DNA from: Solirubrobacterales bacterium
GTDB lineage: Bacteria; Actinomycetota; Thermoleophilia; Solirubrobacterales; 70-9
Reading direction: 5' to 3'
NCBI GenBank assembly: GCA_035634715.1
Contig: DASQCL010000101.1
Location: forward strand, 1 to 32,000
DNA: 32,000 bases
Notes under the pieces: model-generated
Database searches by the model: none
The model's input: only the letters and a program-made list of their open reading frames with translations
Told to the model about the DNA's origin: nothing
Program-made: the position numbers and the translations under genes
Shown: piece by piece, positions 31,771 to 32,000 of the stretch
Numbering within the stretch: position 1 is the first letter of the stretch
How the letters are laid out: each line of letters starts with the position of its first letter

Positions 31771-32000
31771 CGGCTCCGAGGTCTCGTTTCTCGGCACCCG
31801 CGAGGGCCCCGAGGCGCGGATGGCGCCCGAGGCCGGCTATGAGATCGACTACCTCCACGTCCGCGGAATCGAGCGCGGCTCGCCGCTGAAGGCGATCGCC
31901 GCGGGCGCCCTCGCAGTCAGCGCGACCGGGACGGCGCGCGGGGCGCTTCGCCGGCGGGAGGCGGATGTCGTCATGGGTGGCGGCGGCTACGTGGCGGGCC
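31688..32000 (+). CDS. murG: UDP-N-acetylglucosamine--N-acetylmuramyl-(pentapeptide) pyrophosphoryl-undecaprenol GlcNAc transferase, 5' part (truncated by the window end)
   Basis: VPRVVIAAGGTAGHVVPALAVADALRDSGSEVSFLGT matches the MurG N-terminal G-loop. The GTG at 31688 is preceded by AGGAAGGAAGG 9 nt upstream; an alternative GTG lies at 31700. The frame stays open to the window end. Not in the ORF track because no stop is present. Confidence 0.85.
   Translation, partial: MPRVVIAAGGTAGHVVPALAVADALRDSGSEVSFLGTREGPEARMAPEAGYEIDYLHVRGIERGSPLKAIAAGALAVSATGTARGALRRREADVVMGGGGYVAG

Overview
Very GC-rich window (roughly 70% by eye, not computed). Coding frames are recognisable by near-saturated GC at third codon positions, and nearly every long opposite-strand ORF in the track is a shadow. 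Gene content and style fit a high-GC Actinomycetota-like genome (inference only). Many genes are chained by 1-8 nt start/stop overlaps (GTGA, ATGA, TGATG), and I used these to pick starts.

Layout, left to right:
1. 1-4590 (+): a dedicated ECF-type transporter module, EcfT, then a fused double ABC ATPase, then an S-component-like 6-TM protein fused to an extracytoplasmic prenyltransferase/terpene-cyclase-like repeat domain.
2. 4625-8170 (+): nitroreductase, GlpD, and a divergent Rho homolog whose Walker-A lysine is replaced by arginine.
3. 8181-9096: an orphan acidic protein (-) and a small + strand ORF that appears to switch frame twice.
4. 9105-13445 (-): MoxR AAA+ ATPase, DUF58 protein and a membrane transglutaminase (TgpA-like triad).
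5. 13583-19427: a Tad/Flp-like module. It consists of a translationally coupled DUF192 / OmpR-type regulator / sensor-less histidine kinase / CpaB operon, an antisense Macro-domain gene, then CpaF/TadA, TadB and TadC. No pilin, TadZ, prepilin peptidase or pseudopilins are in the window.
6. 19439-32000 (+): the dcw cell-wall/division cluster, mraZ-rsmH-ftsL-like-ftsI-murE-murF-mraY-[aldo/keto reductase + antisense small membrane protein]-murD-ftsW-murG (truncated at the window end).

Most noteworthy observations:
- The ECF S-component/toroid fusion.
- The degenerate Rho paralog.
- The incomplete, two-component-linked Tad module.
- A clear MraZ operator: GTGGGG-type boxes with exact 10-bp phasing overlapping a putative promoter.
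- A recurrent TAnnnT-N6-7-start-codon pattern, implying leaderless mRNAs at five transcription-unit heads.
- The insertion splitting mraY from murD.

I saw no CRISPR array, tRNA/rRNA, transposase or integrase. All functional calls rest on motif recognition by eye; no database search was possible.
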